Source: Fimicolochytrium jonesii (taxonomy: Eukaryota). Taken from it: DNA of 64,000 nucleotides. The translations under genes and the position numbers were made by a program. Within the stretch, counting starts at the first letter, position 1. The number at the start of each line of letters is the position of its first letter. Shown here in pieces: positions 1 to 11,740 of the stretch. The stretch covers positions 248,001 to 312,000 of the forward strand of contig NW_026515674.1 in NCBI RefSeq assembly GCF_025526975.1, in the 5' to 3' direction. The notes beneath the pieces were generated by a model. It made no database searches and was not told where the DNA came from. It saw only the letters and a program-made list of their open reading frames with translations.

Positions 1-774
1 GTGTGGGATATGGGCGACATGGGTTGCGGCGAGCGAGCGAGAGATGAATAGTTAATTACGGCAGGAATGAAGAGACTACTGATTGTCTTGAAGTAGGAAA
101 GGAAAGTCTCGCGCACGAAATCTGAGGTGAACAAAAACGCACAGGCTGAGACTGCTAAACATACAAACAAACAATGGGTTGTGATGAGGTCGGGCATTTT
201 GAAGTCCAGGTTGATTCTGATGACCCAAGACAAGAGTAGTCACCAGCAGAGCGTTGGAACACCGGTGTTTGCCCACCTACGCAGCTCCTGGAGGCTGTAC
301 GCAACCAAAGTCGAGAGTGAGGGCAGGGACTTGTAGTCCAGCCACTGGGGGACCGTGCTGAGGCTACGGAGCTGCTGTGAACTTCTGGTTATGGAATGGC
401 GAACGAGGCTCTCTGTTTGTTGCTGCTGGCCAAACGGTAACTTGCCCGATGCCGAAGCTGCAAACGTCCCAAACAAACAACGCGTCCCACCGATTCGGGA
501 ACGCGATAGAAATGTCCGAAAACATCACCGTCCCCTCCAAGACTTGCGAAAACATTAAACCAAAGATTCCCGGCCAGTCTTCTGCTTCTACAACTTCTCG
601 CTTGTGCCAAAGAAGTTGGTCAATCTTCGTGAATCCCGCCTACGATCACCGACCTGCAACTGCAAATGGTTCACGCTGACACTGTCACCTGCTATGGGAC
701 TTTCAAATTCCGGGGATTCCATATAAGCGTCTCCAAGGTTCTGTCTGTTGTGGGGATGATCCATCAACTCCGAC

Positions 775-2590
775 TTGCTCCCTCACGCGTCACTTCCTCA
801 TCACCCGTCTAGCCCGTCTCGCCCTGTTCCTCACCCCTCAGCCCGACGTGATCCCGAGGACCCGCACCAACAGAGGAAGTATCCTGTGGTCGTTGACCAC
901 GCCTCAGACTACTCGAACTCCGCAACGTCACTCACTACCTGCCCATCAGCAGCAGAGTTGATCGCATCGAGGTCTGGGGGGCAGTTCTCTCTGCTTGAAG
1001 CCGAGAAGGGGAAATCTCCCCGGCCACGGAGATGATGGATCGATACGACGAGCGGCGACTTGCGTCAACTACGCCCGTACGACTGCCTTCCGCCATCGAT
1101 ATCCGCCTTCCTCTCCCTCACACCGATTGAGGTTTGCTGCGAAATCTTCCACGACTGTTTGCGGCACCTGTTTCTCTGTTTGCTTGAAATCAGCAACATC
1201 GTGCGTCAAACCGAACTCGAGGGGAAGACCAAACTTGTCGTATCTCCTTTCATAAACAAGAATGGCACCACAGGGAACGCCGTGGGATGCGTCTCTACGG
1301 GCATTGCGGAGCGAATATAAGCTAGACTACTCCGCGCACACACTACGTATACACTTGGGAAATTTCGTGAAGACTGCAGCCGGACGGCTGACACAAATAT
1401 CAACGTGGGCGCTGTCGGGACTATCGTGAGCAGCATCCGCCCTCCGTGACGGGCCCCCATCTACATCTCGTCAAAGGGGACGCTTTCCTCTCCTACATGA
1501 GTTACGGCGGTGTCTCGGTGCATCTCTGCATAGAACTGGCTCGAACGCCAAACGCTCAGATATCAGCCTCCGATATGTATGTCCTGCGTTCTGGCGTGAT
1601 TGATCCGGACGAAGCTGCTGCCGAGACACGATGTTGGTGAAACTTGGGCGTGCCGACCTCTCTGACATTTCCTGTGTGTATGTGTTTTTCTCCGGGGACC
1701 CGCGGTATCAATGACATCCGCCCAATAGGTAGGAAGGTGCTGATGCAATGGGTCGGCAAGCATGGTGAGATCGACTTAGCCACCGAAAGAGCAGAACGCG
1801 CAGACGCTATCGGCCTCTTCAAAACCCTGCGACGTGAACTAAGAAAGATTCACCTCGTCGGATATGGAAAGTGTCGGAGCTTCGCAACGGAAACGAACTT
1901 CTTTTATGCTAGGCTCATGCTAAGCTCTCGCGGTTCGCGGACGACGAGTTCGCCGTACACATGAGTCAGAGCGCGGCCGTTTTGAAATCTTTGTGCCTTA
2001 TCCTTTGGGCAGCCCAAGTCCGCGGCTGCCGGGGCTGATACCGAACCAGAGGAAATTTCTGACGGGGAGTCTGCATCCGGCGATGATGGGGAGGAAGAGA
2101 CCAATGAGGCTGTCGAGCATCGGTGTCGGGGGGGCAATTGCGGTCTGTCGTTCAGAGTGGTTGAAGATCTGGCTTTGCATGCATGCCTACAAACAACGCA
2201 ACTGCATCCAGCCAGCGTGGCGCGGCGATCGCCACCAACAACGTTGGTCCTTTTGCGGGCGCCCGCATCACGGAGCTTCGGGTGGTGGTCCATGAGACCA
2301 TAGACGGCTACATCCACAACAGGACTGCAATCTCCACGAAGATGTTGACGAAACACCTTGGGGTGGTAAGATCCTGGCTGATTGTTGATGAGAGAGTTGA
2401 TGATGTTACTGATGTTGAAATCGATAGCTGTTGCCAGGAGCTCCGCGTCCTCAGAGCCGCCGCCGGATCCTCCTCCTCCTCCTCCGCCACCGCCAGCTCC
2501 GCCTCCTCGTCCTCGTCGGCCTCGTCCTCCTCAGCCGCTGGTCCCTCCGCCTCCGCCAGACCCTCGGCCTACTCGGCCTCGTCTTCTTGA
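775..2590 (+). pseudogene. Decayed long ORF of unknown family, possibly transposon-derived
   Basis: ORFs 775-1035 and 1060-1320 share one frame, and 1446-1640 and 1644-1964 share another; each pair is separated by a single stop. An acidic tract and a zinc-finger-like stretch (HRCRGGNCGLSFRVVEDLALHAC) follow. No family recognised. Confidence 0.35.
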
Positions 2591-2610
2591 AAGTCCAACG
2601 GAGGGTCCAA

Positions 2611-3510
2611 GTACTCCGATGCAGCGTTGTCCACCGACGCCCAAGCTGCCAATCGCGACGGCCGCGCCGCCAAGAGGGACCTCACCAAGCGTCAGGTCCT
2701 CCGCGCGGCGGAGAAGGCGCGGAAGGTCGCCAAAAAGGACCTGGAACGCCGGGACCGCAAGCGTTCCACCAAAAGGGTTGCATGGGCGCCTGTCATCGCG
2801 GTCTATGCTCCTCCTCCTCCTTTCACCCCACACCCCACCACCACCATCCCGCCGACCTCTACACCCGCCACCCAACTCCCCATCACCACCGACCCGACCC
2901 CCCCACACCTGCAACCCCGGCAACAACAGTACGCCGCCGCGGATGCACCAGCCGCGGCCGTGCTGGATGACCGGGTGGCGTTTTTTGCGGGTGCTGGCGT
3001 TTGGGTCAGTTTAAATCTACCGTTCAGATCCTCTTCGAATCACATGGATTTCTTCTAACTGCATCTGTTACCTCTCATTTCCCATAACTAGGTGCCGGGG
3101 CCGCTGACCTTGGCCGAAGCGGGTCCGTGTCCTGGCGCGCCAACCACCAGGCGCTAAACGTGAGTACTACGGTGGTGAATTACTGAGATCTTTACGCGTA
3201 TGTCACCGGCTAACATCTCTCTCCTATACCAATGTACTAGGGGTCCGGGCAGTGGTGTTGTCTTTTCGTTCTTTGTTTTTTGGAGTCCGATGCCGGCCTC
3301 CCCACCGACGCCCAGATCGCCAATCGCGACGGCGGCGTCGCAAAGCGGGAGGTTACAAAGCGGCAGGTCCTCCGAGCTGCGGAGAGGGCCCGGAAGGCCA
3401 TGAAGAAGGAGCGGGACCTCGAAAACCCGCAACCGCGAGCTCGAGGGGCCACTCCGACAAGACGAGTACTCCGACGCCGGCCTCCCCACCGACGTCCAGA
3501 TCACCAATCG
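2611..3510 (+). repeat. Diverged duplicated basic-peptide-coding segment (2 copies plus 1 partial)
   Basis: About 2630-2750 encodes TDAQAANRDGRAAKRDLTKRQVLRAAEKARK and about 3300-3420 encodes TDAQIANRDGGVAKREVTKRQVLRAAERARK. A partial third copy lies at about 3466-3510. Confidence 0.85.
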
Positions 3511-4325
3511 GGCGTTGTCTAGACCTGTGTCTAATCGCTGATATCACTAGGTCACCCCGGCCCCGTTTCGCTTCGCCACCGCGCCGTCGGGTGGTACGCT
3601 TGGAGGATTTGAGGGAGGGGGTGGAGGAGCCTCGAAGTCGGGGGGCCACGCGCGGCAGTTCCCGGTCGCAATCCCCACCACCAGCAACCAGCCCCGGACT
3701 CCAAGACTTCGGCCCTTGGCCAGAGTCGCCAACAAGTCGGAGAAGACCGAAAGGCGCGACGCTCCGCAGCCATCCCGACCCAGCGCAGGAGAGAGGGAGC
3801 AAAGTAAATGTCGTGCGATGCTGTAGTTTATGAGGCGCAGTCGGAGTGAGAGTTCTCATGCATTGCGGCGGTCCATCAGGCGTGAGGAGAGGGGAGGAAG
3901 GAGCCGGTCCCGGGAAAGACGGAATGCTGAGAGCAGTCGTCGTTCGTTGAGATGAGTTAACGACCTAGTAGGTAGGTGGGTGGGTGTGGTTGGGCGTGGG
4001 TGGGGGAGTGGTTGGGGGTTGGGGAGGTGGTGGAGGTGTGTTGCGAAGGAAGATGGAGGACGGGAGGGTTTTCAATCTCGAGATCAACGCTGGAGAAACA
4101 ACTTTGGCCAAGTGTGGCTTTCTTTTATGTGTGGCAACTTGGCAAAAAGAACGCGTAGCAAACCAAGACCTTCCCTGATCTCTGATAGGGGCCAAAGCGG
4201 ATGAAGCGGATCCCGCCAATTTGACATCCGAGTGCTGAGTCGCATTGGCATTGTTATCCTAGACCGTGACCTTTGCCAAAGCCCCGTCCCAGCTGGCACC
4301 TTCGAGCAAGCATGAACGTCTCATT

Positions 4326-4370
4326 CATCAATCCGTCGCGAATCAATCCGTCGCGAATCAATCCGTCGCG
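4326..4370. repeat. 15-bp tandem repeat, 3 copies
   Basis: Unit (A)ATCAATCCGTCGCG is repeated three times just upstream of the MITE. Confidence 0.9.
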
Positions 4371-4391
4371 ATGACCACCATGGGAGGATTA

Positions 4392-4582
4392 CAGTAGGTG
4401 GCCAGATATCTGGGTACCACGCGACGAGGACACATCATCCCGAGCATAGCCACCAGCAGAAGTCGCCGGCCTGCCTGCACACCTGAAGAAGTACGCAAAT
4501 TGACGGCAGCTGGTCGTTGACTTTTGGGTTGCACACGGAGGCTTGGCGAGCCCGTCGTACCCAGATATCTGGCCACCTAGTG
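4392..4582. mobile_element. Non-autonomous Tc1/mariner-type MITE (191 bp)
   Basis: 26-bp terminal inverted repeats CAGTAGGTGGCCAGATATCTGGGTAC (4392-4417) and GTACCCAGATATCTGGCCACCTAGTG (4557-4582) with one mismatch. TA flanks both sides (4390-4391, 4583-4584). No coding capacity. Confidence 0.8.
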
Positions 4583-5224
4583 TAACAGAGCATGCAGCCG
4601 GAACGCAAGAATGAACGTCAAGGCAAATCAAGGCGGAACATGGAATGAGTGAAGATATGTACGAGTAGGGATATATGCCGTGAAATATACGAGTAGGGAA
4701 TCGCCTGAAAGTTTGAAAGCTTCCGAAACAAACGCACTTGCGCACTTGATTGAGGGAACCATGGTGTGTATTGATACGCGTCCCGTCAATTGACAGCTTA
4801 CGCGTCTGACGTAAGCCAGAGTCCTCCGCAGTAAACAGACCCTGAACAGGGATATAAACCCTTGCCTTGCTTTTCAATCGTTTCTATGCCTCCCGCTCAC
4901 TTGAGCTCAACATATTATTGCACACTGCGACGTAAGTGCAATTTCGATACACTGGGCTGCCGTCCTGATGCTTAACGGTATCCGGTAAACGCTTCAGTGC
5001 TATCGACGCTCGCTCGCTGTTGCAACACTCGATCCACGATCTCGAGATGAGAAATTCGCAGCGGTGAACTTCAAACATGACGGCAAGAAAAAGGACGATA
5101 GCTAGGGAAGTACCTCATAACCTGCTTCACATGCCAAAAGGTGTGCGTCTTCGTTCGCATAAATTAAATCAGCGGGTTCCAGGGATACCGTCGCCGAGGA
5201 AACAGTTCTTTTCTGCCCTCAAGC

Positions 5225-5485
5225 ACTTCCTTGTTGCGGGAAGTAGAACAACGCAGGCTCCACGACCCGGTTACCTTAGCTATGACCGACTCTGGGTAGG
5301 CTTGTGGAGGCCTTCCTTTGTTGCGGGAAGTACAAAAACGCAGGCCTATGCCCCGGTTCCCTATGCTATGACCGACTCTGGGGAGGCGCATAGTGGCAGT
5401 CCCTCCGCTTGCGGGACGTTAAATAAGGCACGCTCTTTGCCCCGGTTACCTATGCTATGACCGACTCTGGGTAGGCGCTTAGGGC
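5225..5485 (+). repeat. Three tandem ~88-bp units with a conserved 36-nt core and co-varying stems (candidate structured RNA or ssDNA motif)
   Basis: Core CCCGGTT(A/C)CCT(TA/AT)GCTATGACCGACTCTGGG(T/G)AGGC at 5266-5301, 5352-5387 and 5441-5476. Each copy is enclosed by a different self-complementary stem. Confidence 0.85.
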
Positions 5486-5661
5486 TTGAGGGAAAGAGGG
5501 AACTGTTTACGGTGTTGCGCTGATGAGAGTCATGGTGAGTTTTCTCACGTCTCATTGCAATGATCACTGGGCCACGTACTGAACCCCTTCTCTCTCCCCT
5601 TTTGCGAGCGATATGTCTCGGTAGCGCGGCGCCTCATGTGGCGACACCACATGGGGCTAAT

Positions 5662-6141
5662 CGACGCCAGCGGTTAGCGGGGAGCCTACTCCCGTCAGGT
5701 GTGTATGGGATAATCATATCTAATTGGCTCTCGAAGCTCATCTTACTTGTTGACAGTATGAAACCGCAAAGGCAAAGAAGATCCTGGGCGACACAACGCC
5801 AGCGGTTAAAAAGGAAGTGAAACGACGTCAGGTGTGTGTAAGCAGCGAAGTATTCAGATCGGTATTGGCAGCTCATCTCAATTGTTGGGCAGCATCTAAC
5901 CGCGAAGGCAAAGAAGATCTGGGCAACAACTTCGGCACTTCGGCACATCGACAGACGACAGACAACAGACGACATTCGTGGATCGACAAGCGGTCAGCGG
6001 GAGACCCATCTCCATCAGGTATATGTCAATGGAAGTCTTTCCTTCCCGGCACGTTCACATCTGACAAGCCAAAACTTTTGTTGACAGCACACAACCGCAA
6101 ACCGGAAAGGGGAGATATATGAGCGCAATGTTATGCGTTAG
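5662..6141 (+). repeat. Diverged tandem exon-intron cassettes (3 copies); small gene or gene remnant
   Basis: Three similar GT...CAG introns at 5699-5756, 5832-5892 and 6019-6087 flank open phase-0 exons of 75 nt (YETAKAKKILG...) and 126 nt (HLTAKAKKIWA...). Confidence 0.5.
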
Positions 6142-6800
6142 ACGGGCTGATGACCCTTATTTGTACATGCGCCGTAATAAATGATACAATAATACACTTT
6201 GCTATGTAAATTCACTGCGGGTACGGAGGGCTGTCGGCGCTTGTATATATCGTCACTCTCAGATTGGAAACTCGTTAAATCCTCTTTCGAACCATTGCCA
6301 AACGATGTTGGGTTTTTGCGGCCACAGCACTGTGGAGCTGTTTTCGCAGTACAACACCGGGTCCGGTGTCGTCGTACTTCACAAGCTTTTCCCAGAATTA
6401 TAGAGGAAGCTCAGAACACCTCGGCGGTAAATTGATGAGCACGAGACACAAGCTGCGGGGCAAAAGGTCTGGAGGCGGACCTAGCGGACCGTGGTGCATT
6501 CTTGTAGGTCCAAGACAGCCGTTCGTGCAGGATAGCCCGTTTTCAAGGTGCTGCTGGAAATTTGGTGATTCTCTTGACTTGCTTGACCGTGGAGGTTCCT
6601 GGAAATGACAAACGCGAAAGAGTGTGTTCTGACTTGCACTTTCCCACCACTGCAACCCCAGACCGACACTGATTACCGACCTCCGTATCAGATACACGAG
6701 CACTGAACGAGCGCCTACGTATCCGCCTCAGCCTTCGTCAGTCCAGCGCAATCCAATTCATTACCTCCTTCACCGTCCCAACGCCCCCTCAAGTTCAACA

Positions 6801-8061
6801 ATGTCAGACCCACAATTATCCCAAGCAGACCTCGCCCGCATCGTGCAAGAGAACCGAGCAGCCGCAAAACAACGGATAGAGCAGTCCCGGCCCGCACTTG
6901 ACCGGGCTCCTGATCAACCCGTCGGCAGTGGCGGTGGAGCGGGGGCCGAGAATGGGGCGAATGCGAGTGCGAATGCCGACGCGAGCAAGCCATCGGCGTT
7001 TCAGCGGAAGAAAAGGGCTATTGATTTGACTTACTGTGGGTAAATGCCCCCCATGTTTTCTCCGAGATGGGGATGGGTTGTTGATTGGAACGGGATTTGA
7101 TTTTGAATTCGGCGCAGGCGAATACAACCTCTCCACGATGAAGGACACCAAAGGCGGGTTCCTATACGAGGAGCAGAGCCTGCCGGACAGCAAGAAGCAG
7201 AAACATGAAGACAAACAGGTCACATATGATCCACGTAAGAGATATCGCCTCCCCTGCTTACCAGCGCCGTCCGCCCTTCGTGCTGAAACCCATCATCACA
7301 TCAAAGCAATCGACCTAATAATGTCAAACAACCCACAATGCGAAACCTGCAACTCCATCGACATCGACCCGCACTACCTGCAACATTTCAAAGTCTGCGT
7401 GTGTCGGTCGTGTAAGGACAAACATCCCGAGAAGTATAGCCTGCTCACCAAAACGGAGGCTAGGGAGGATTACCTCCTCACCGACAGTATGTACACCCCA
7501 TCCACATCTCCCCTTTCCACCCAATCTCACCTTGTCATTTTTTGACTTAGGCGAACTCCGGGACACAACAGCCCTCCCCAACTGGGAACGCCCCAACCCG
7601 CACAAATCGACCTACAGCAAGATGCTGCTGTACCTGCGGCAGCAAGTCGAGGCGTTCGCTTGGAAGAAGTGGGGGTCCCCTGAGGAGTTGGATGCGGAGT
7701 ATCAGAGGCGGGAGGATGAGAAGAAGGGGAGGAAGGAGAAGAAGTTTAAGGCGAAGATGAGTGGTGGGTACACCATCGTGGTTTCGCGGAGTGGGAGGAG
7801 GAGGGATGCGTGATGTTGACACGTTTTTGGATGCGCAGAACTCCGCAGGAAAACACGGACGAGCACCTGGACGCGTAAAGTTGACGACGAGCATGCGCAT
7901 GAGTTTGGGGAGAGCGTGCATGATCCGGCCAAAGACGAGTGCGTTTTATGATGTTCCTGCATCCCACTGCGATCTCGCACTACTGACCCGTTTTCTGTTT
8001 CACAAGGTATACGCAGATATGCAGGACATGCGGATTCGTATCGACGTATGAGGCGTTTTGA
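6801..8061 (+). CDS. RAD14: DNA damage recognition protein XPA/Rad14 (multi-exon)
   Basis: EYNLSTMKDTKGGFL, C4 zinc finger (CETC...CRSC), YSLLTKTEAREDYLLTD, NPHKSTYSKMLLYLRQQVEAFAWKKWGS, ELRRKTR and C-terminal CRTCGF; stop at 8059-8061. Confidence 0.95.
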
Positions 8062-8412
8062 GCGCAGGGCATTCCTTGGGACAGGGAGTCGGCTTACGGG
8101 CTGAACAACGAGGGATGACGCCGGAGCGTACTGCGGGTCTCCTCGCCACGTCGGTCGGTACGAACAGATCTTGTGTAATGCACACGTTCACGGACGCATT
8201 AGGACGTCCCGGCCGCAGGACGACGCACCTACCCTTATTTTCATTTTTGGATAGCTACGACACCAGTGCAGTGTCAGCATAAACACGCACACAGACATAG
8301 CGCACGGGCAAATCGACCCACCCGCCATGCACATGCAGGCTTTGAAAACAGACTATTACACTAGCTCTATCTAGCGCCTATATCTAGACGCCCTCGCCGG
8401 CCCTGGGCCTAC

Positions 8413-10173
8413 CTACGCCGTCCCCGCCTCCCCTCCTACACCTCCCATACCCATCGTCGTGGGCCTCACAACAGGCGTAGAAAGCGGCAAATAAAACCGT
8501 TTGTCCAACCCGGCCAACAACCGGTCCCTATCGTTGAACGGCGGTTTGAGGTGGCCTTTGAAGTGGGCGCGGACTATGCTGTGGAAGAGTGTGTAGCGGT
8601 CTTCCGTCGTAGATGTCGTATCATCGCCACGTGGTATGGTACCCGAAGCTGGTGGAGACATTTCAGAAACGATCCAGGTGAACCACCGCTGCCCCGCGGC
8701 GACATGCGTGATCTCGTCCTCGTGGATGATCTTCAGTTTCTCGGCGGACGCTGTATCCCCCGCGCGTTCGAATTTGGTGATGGTGGACGGGTTCACGTCT
8801 AGGCCTCGTGCTTCGTGTATCTGAAATCATCATGAATCACAATAACATCAGTGGCGAGAGTCCCACATACATACGGGGGAGGTGTGGCATTTGATACGCA
8901 CCATGTGAACAATAGCCAACCTCGCCAACAGACTCTCCTTCGTATCCACCGCCGAGTCCCACAACCCATCATGCACGGGCAAGGTCCCATACGCCGTCCC
9001 CAATTCCCTCAACCGCGTGTCCAGGAACCCGAAATGCTTCGCCTCCTCACTGGCGACTCTCACAAAGTCCGTGAAGAACTCTTTCGGGAGTGGTTTACCG
9101 GTGGGTGTCTTGTGGGAGTGGAACCGCGCGATGATGTCCCACGCCAGGTCGATGGCCCATTGCTCGACGTTGCCGAGGGCGTGGAGGATGAGGATGCGGG
9201 AGGTGAGGGTGCCGCCTTTGCCGGGCTTTTTGGCGCGGGAGGGGAGGATGGTTGTGAGGGTGGAGGGGCGGGTGGGGCGCGGGGGTGGGGTGCCTGTGCC
9301 GATCTGATTGGGGGGGGGGGGGGGGGGGAAGGTTGGTTGGGGTTGTTTTAGAGGATTTGGGGAGGGGGATGAGTTACCTCGGTTATTTGACCGCTGTTCC
9401 AGAGATCGGCGGCGAGGTGGGTTAGCCGGACTTTTTCGGCGGGGTCGGAGGTGTGGAGGATGAGGATGGCCCAGTCTACTAGTGTCACGGGGGAGTGGGT
9501 TGGGGGTGGGGAGAGGGTTTCTTTTGCTGTTTCTGGGGTTGCGGTGCATATTGGGCGGCGGGCTCGTTTGGGGACTTTTTAATGTCGAGCAATGAGTCTC
9601 ACAATGAAACGAATATCAACAGAGATCCCGGCTACCCCTCACACACACCTTCAAATAACTTGACGCCCACGGGCTCATCCCCCTCCGGCAGCTCCAGGTA
9701 CAGTTGACCGTCCTCCAACACGACGGGCAAGGTTAACGCCGGGTGTTGTTCGCATTGCGGACTTGTGCCGGTGACCAGCGAGAAGCGGTAAGAGTGCCAT
9801 GGACAGACAATGACGGGGTCGTCGGAGCCGAGGTCTTCGATGTCACCGAGGTGGAGTGGGCCGCCCGAATGCGGGCTGCGTTGTGTTTGCGTTTTGAATA
9901 AAGAGAAAGCAGTCAAATAACGGTCATGACTGTGGAGCGAGCCTAGGTTTTCGCAAGGTTTACCTGCATTAAGGGACCCGTTCGCTCCCTTCCCTCCCTC
10001 CCTCCTCCAGGAACTCACCAAGTAGCTTCGACACAGCGATACTGCGACTCGTCCCCCGAACCACCCACCAAGACAAAGTCGACGGACTCTCCTGAGCTGC
10101 GACAGACGGTGACGAGGGCCCGTTTGGCGCCGTGTATTTCGTCTTTCGTGCAGAGGCGGGCCCGGGTGGGCAT
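8413..10173 (-). CDS. Rieske [2Fe-2S] domain fused to DUF455 ferritin-like di-iron domain (multi-exon)
   Basis: Rieske motifs CPHSGGPL (first Cys codon split by an intron) and CPWHSYRF. DUF455 motifs LHALGNVEQWAIDLAWD, EEAKH, HDGLW, HEARGLD, HEDEITHV and KPPFN. Confidence 0.88.
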
Positions 10174-10419
10174 GATGGCAGCGTTGTTGACTGTTGAGGA
10201 CGGAGTAATACTGTACGTTGGCTTGTCTTCCCTGTAGTGTACTGTATTAGCCGATGGGTAGCGGGAAGAGCAGCGAGGGGATTGCAGGAGGAAGCCACGC
10301 GTGAGAGAGGTCCTTCTTGTCCTCGCCGACTTGCAACCCCCTCGCAAACACCCCTCCCCCCCACTGCCTATCCCTCGTATATACATACAGTACATACAGA
10401 CAGAGGGTCCTCCGGCGAC

Positions 10420-11740
10420 ATGGCAGACCTCCACTTCTTCGAAAATATCTCAAACTCCCTCGAGCAGGAGGCGGAGTTGAGAGAGGTTCGTGCCCTTGTT
10501 CGCCCCCTGTCACACCTGTTGGAACACCCCCAAAACCTCACAGCTTGTCTCACCCTTGAAACTTATCGTTCATTCCAGAACATACGCAAAGCAGCAAAAG
10601 AGCTCGAACGAACATGTCGCGCCGTAGGTATGTCACGTCACAACCTTTTTCCCTGCCTCGGTGTCAAACGGTGCGAGATGGGCGTCTGACTTTGGGTATG
10701 TTCTGCCTATGCAGCGGCTCTTTTGAACCAAGTCCACTCGGCCACGACGCAGCCTGGTATGTTCGGAGGATCAAAGTGGGATGATAGGCGGGGACTGACT
10801 GATGTGCTAAAACAAAGGGTCTTCGTGATGTGCAGTGATTGCGTCTCAGACACAGGCTGTAACGGCGCGTTTTGACGAGATTAGGAGCGGGATCCAGAAG
10901 ATTGCGGAGCCGATCCCGGCGCAACAGTATTACAGGTTGATTCATGCATGTCATAGAGGCTCTGATACCACCGAAACAATGATTCATCGAGATATTTGCA
11001 GATACAATGGCATGTGGAACTACACCCTCCAGCAAGGTACGCGCGCGCCACTTATTCATTACGCCTCCCCAAAGCTCATCAATCCCCTCGAATGCCATCC
11101 ACCACCCCAGCCGTCTTTCTGGCAGCCTACACGACCTACCTCGAAACTGAGCGCCTGATCACCATCGAAGAAGTGGAACGAGCCCTGGGAATCAGAGTCA
11201 ACCTCCGGGGCGATATAGACGAGTTTCATGTCGGGATTGAGGATTTCCTGCATGGGATTGTGTCGTTGACGGGGGAGTTGGCCAGGTTGGCTGTTAATTG
11301 GTACGGGTGGGGAAGGGAGAAAGGCGGTTGGTGATGGTGTTGTGGGGCGATCGGATTGTATTCTGATGCACATCTCGACGGTCGTAGCGTGACGCACGGC
11401 GACTTTGCAAAGCCTCTCCGGTAAGCATGCGAGTGGGCGTATTCACCGTCTGTCGACACACAACCTCCTTCTCACGCGTTATGCCTCCATCAGAATCTCA
11501 AAGTTCGTCGGCGACCTCTACTCCGGCTTCCAACTCCTCAACCTCAAAAACGACACGCTGCGCAAACGGTTCGATTCGATCAAGTACGATATCAAGAAGA
11601 TCGAGGAGGTAACGTCACGCCCCCGTGAGCTAGTGGATGCATGGCATCGTTCGGTTTCTGATCTTGCGACGCGTTCAATACAGGTTGTTTACGATATCTC
11701 GCTGAGGGGTTTGGCGGAAAAGAAGGAGGAGACTGCTTGA
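10420..11740 (+). CDS. TSN: Translin (multi-exon)
   Basis: QQYYR(Y)NGMW, FHVGIEDFLHGIVSLTGELARLAVN and FQLLNLKNDTLRKRFDSIKYDIKKIEEVVYDISLRGL. Confidence 0.95.

Noticed and set aside
775..1990. Selenocysteine or stop-codon readthrough explaining the in-frame stops
   Set aside because: The stops include TAA as well as TGA, frameshifts are also needed, and I found no SECIS-like element. Decay is the simpler explanation.
3965..4040. G-rich tract with G-quadruplex potential
   Set aside because: Similar G-rich tracts are common throughout the window, and nothing specific marks this one.
5225..5485. CRISPR array (36-nt repeats separated by about 50 nt)
   Set aside because: The intervening sequences are related to each other and base-pair around the core, the context is eukaryotic, and no cas genes are present.
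5519..5560. Hammerhead ribozyme suggested by CTGATGAG followed by a stem
   Set aside because: There is no GAAA after the putative stem II, so the catalytic core is incomplete.
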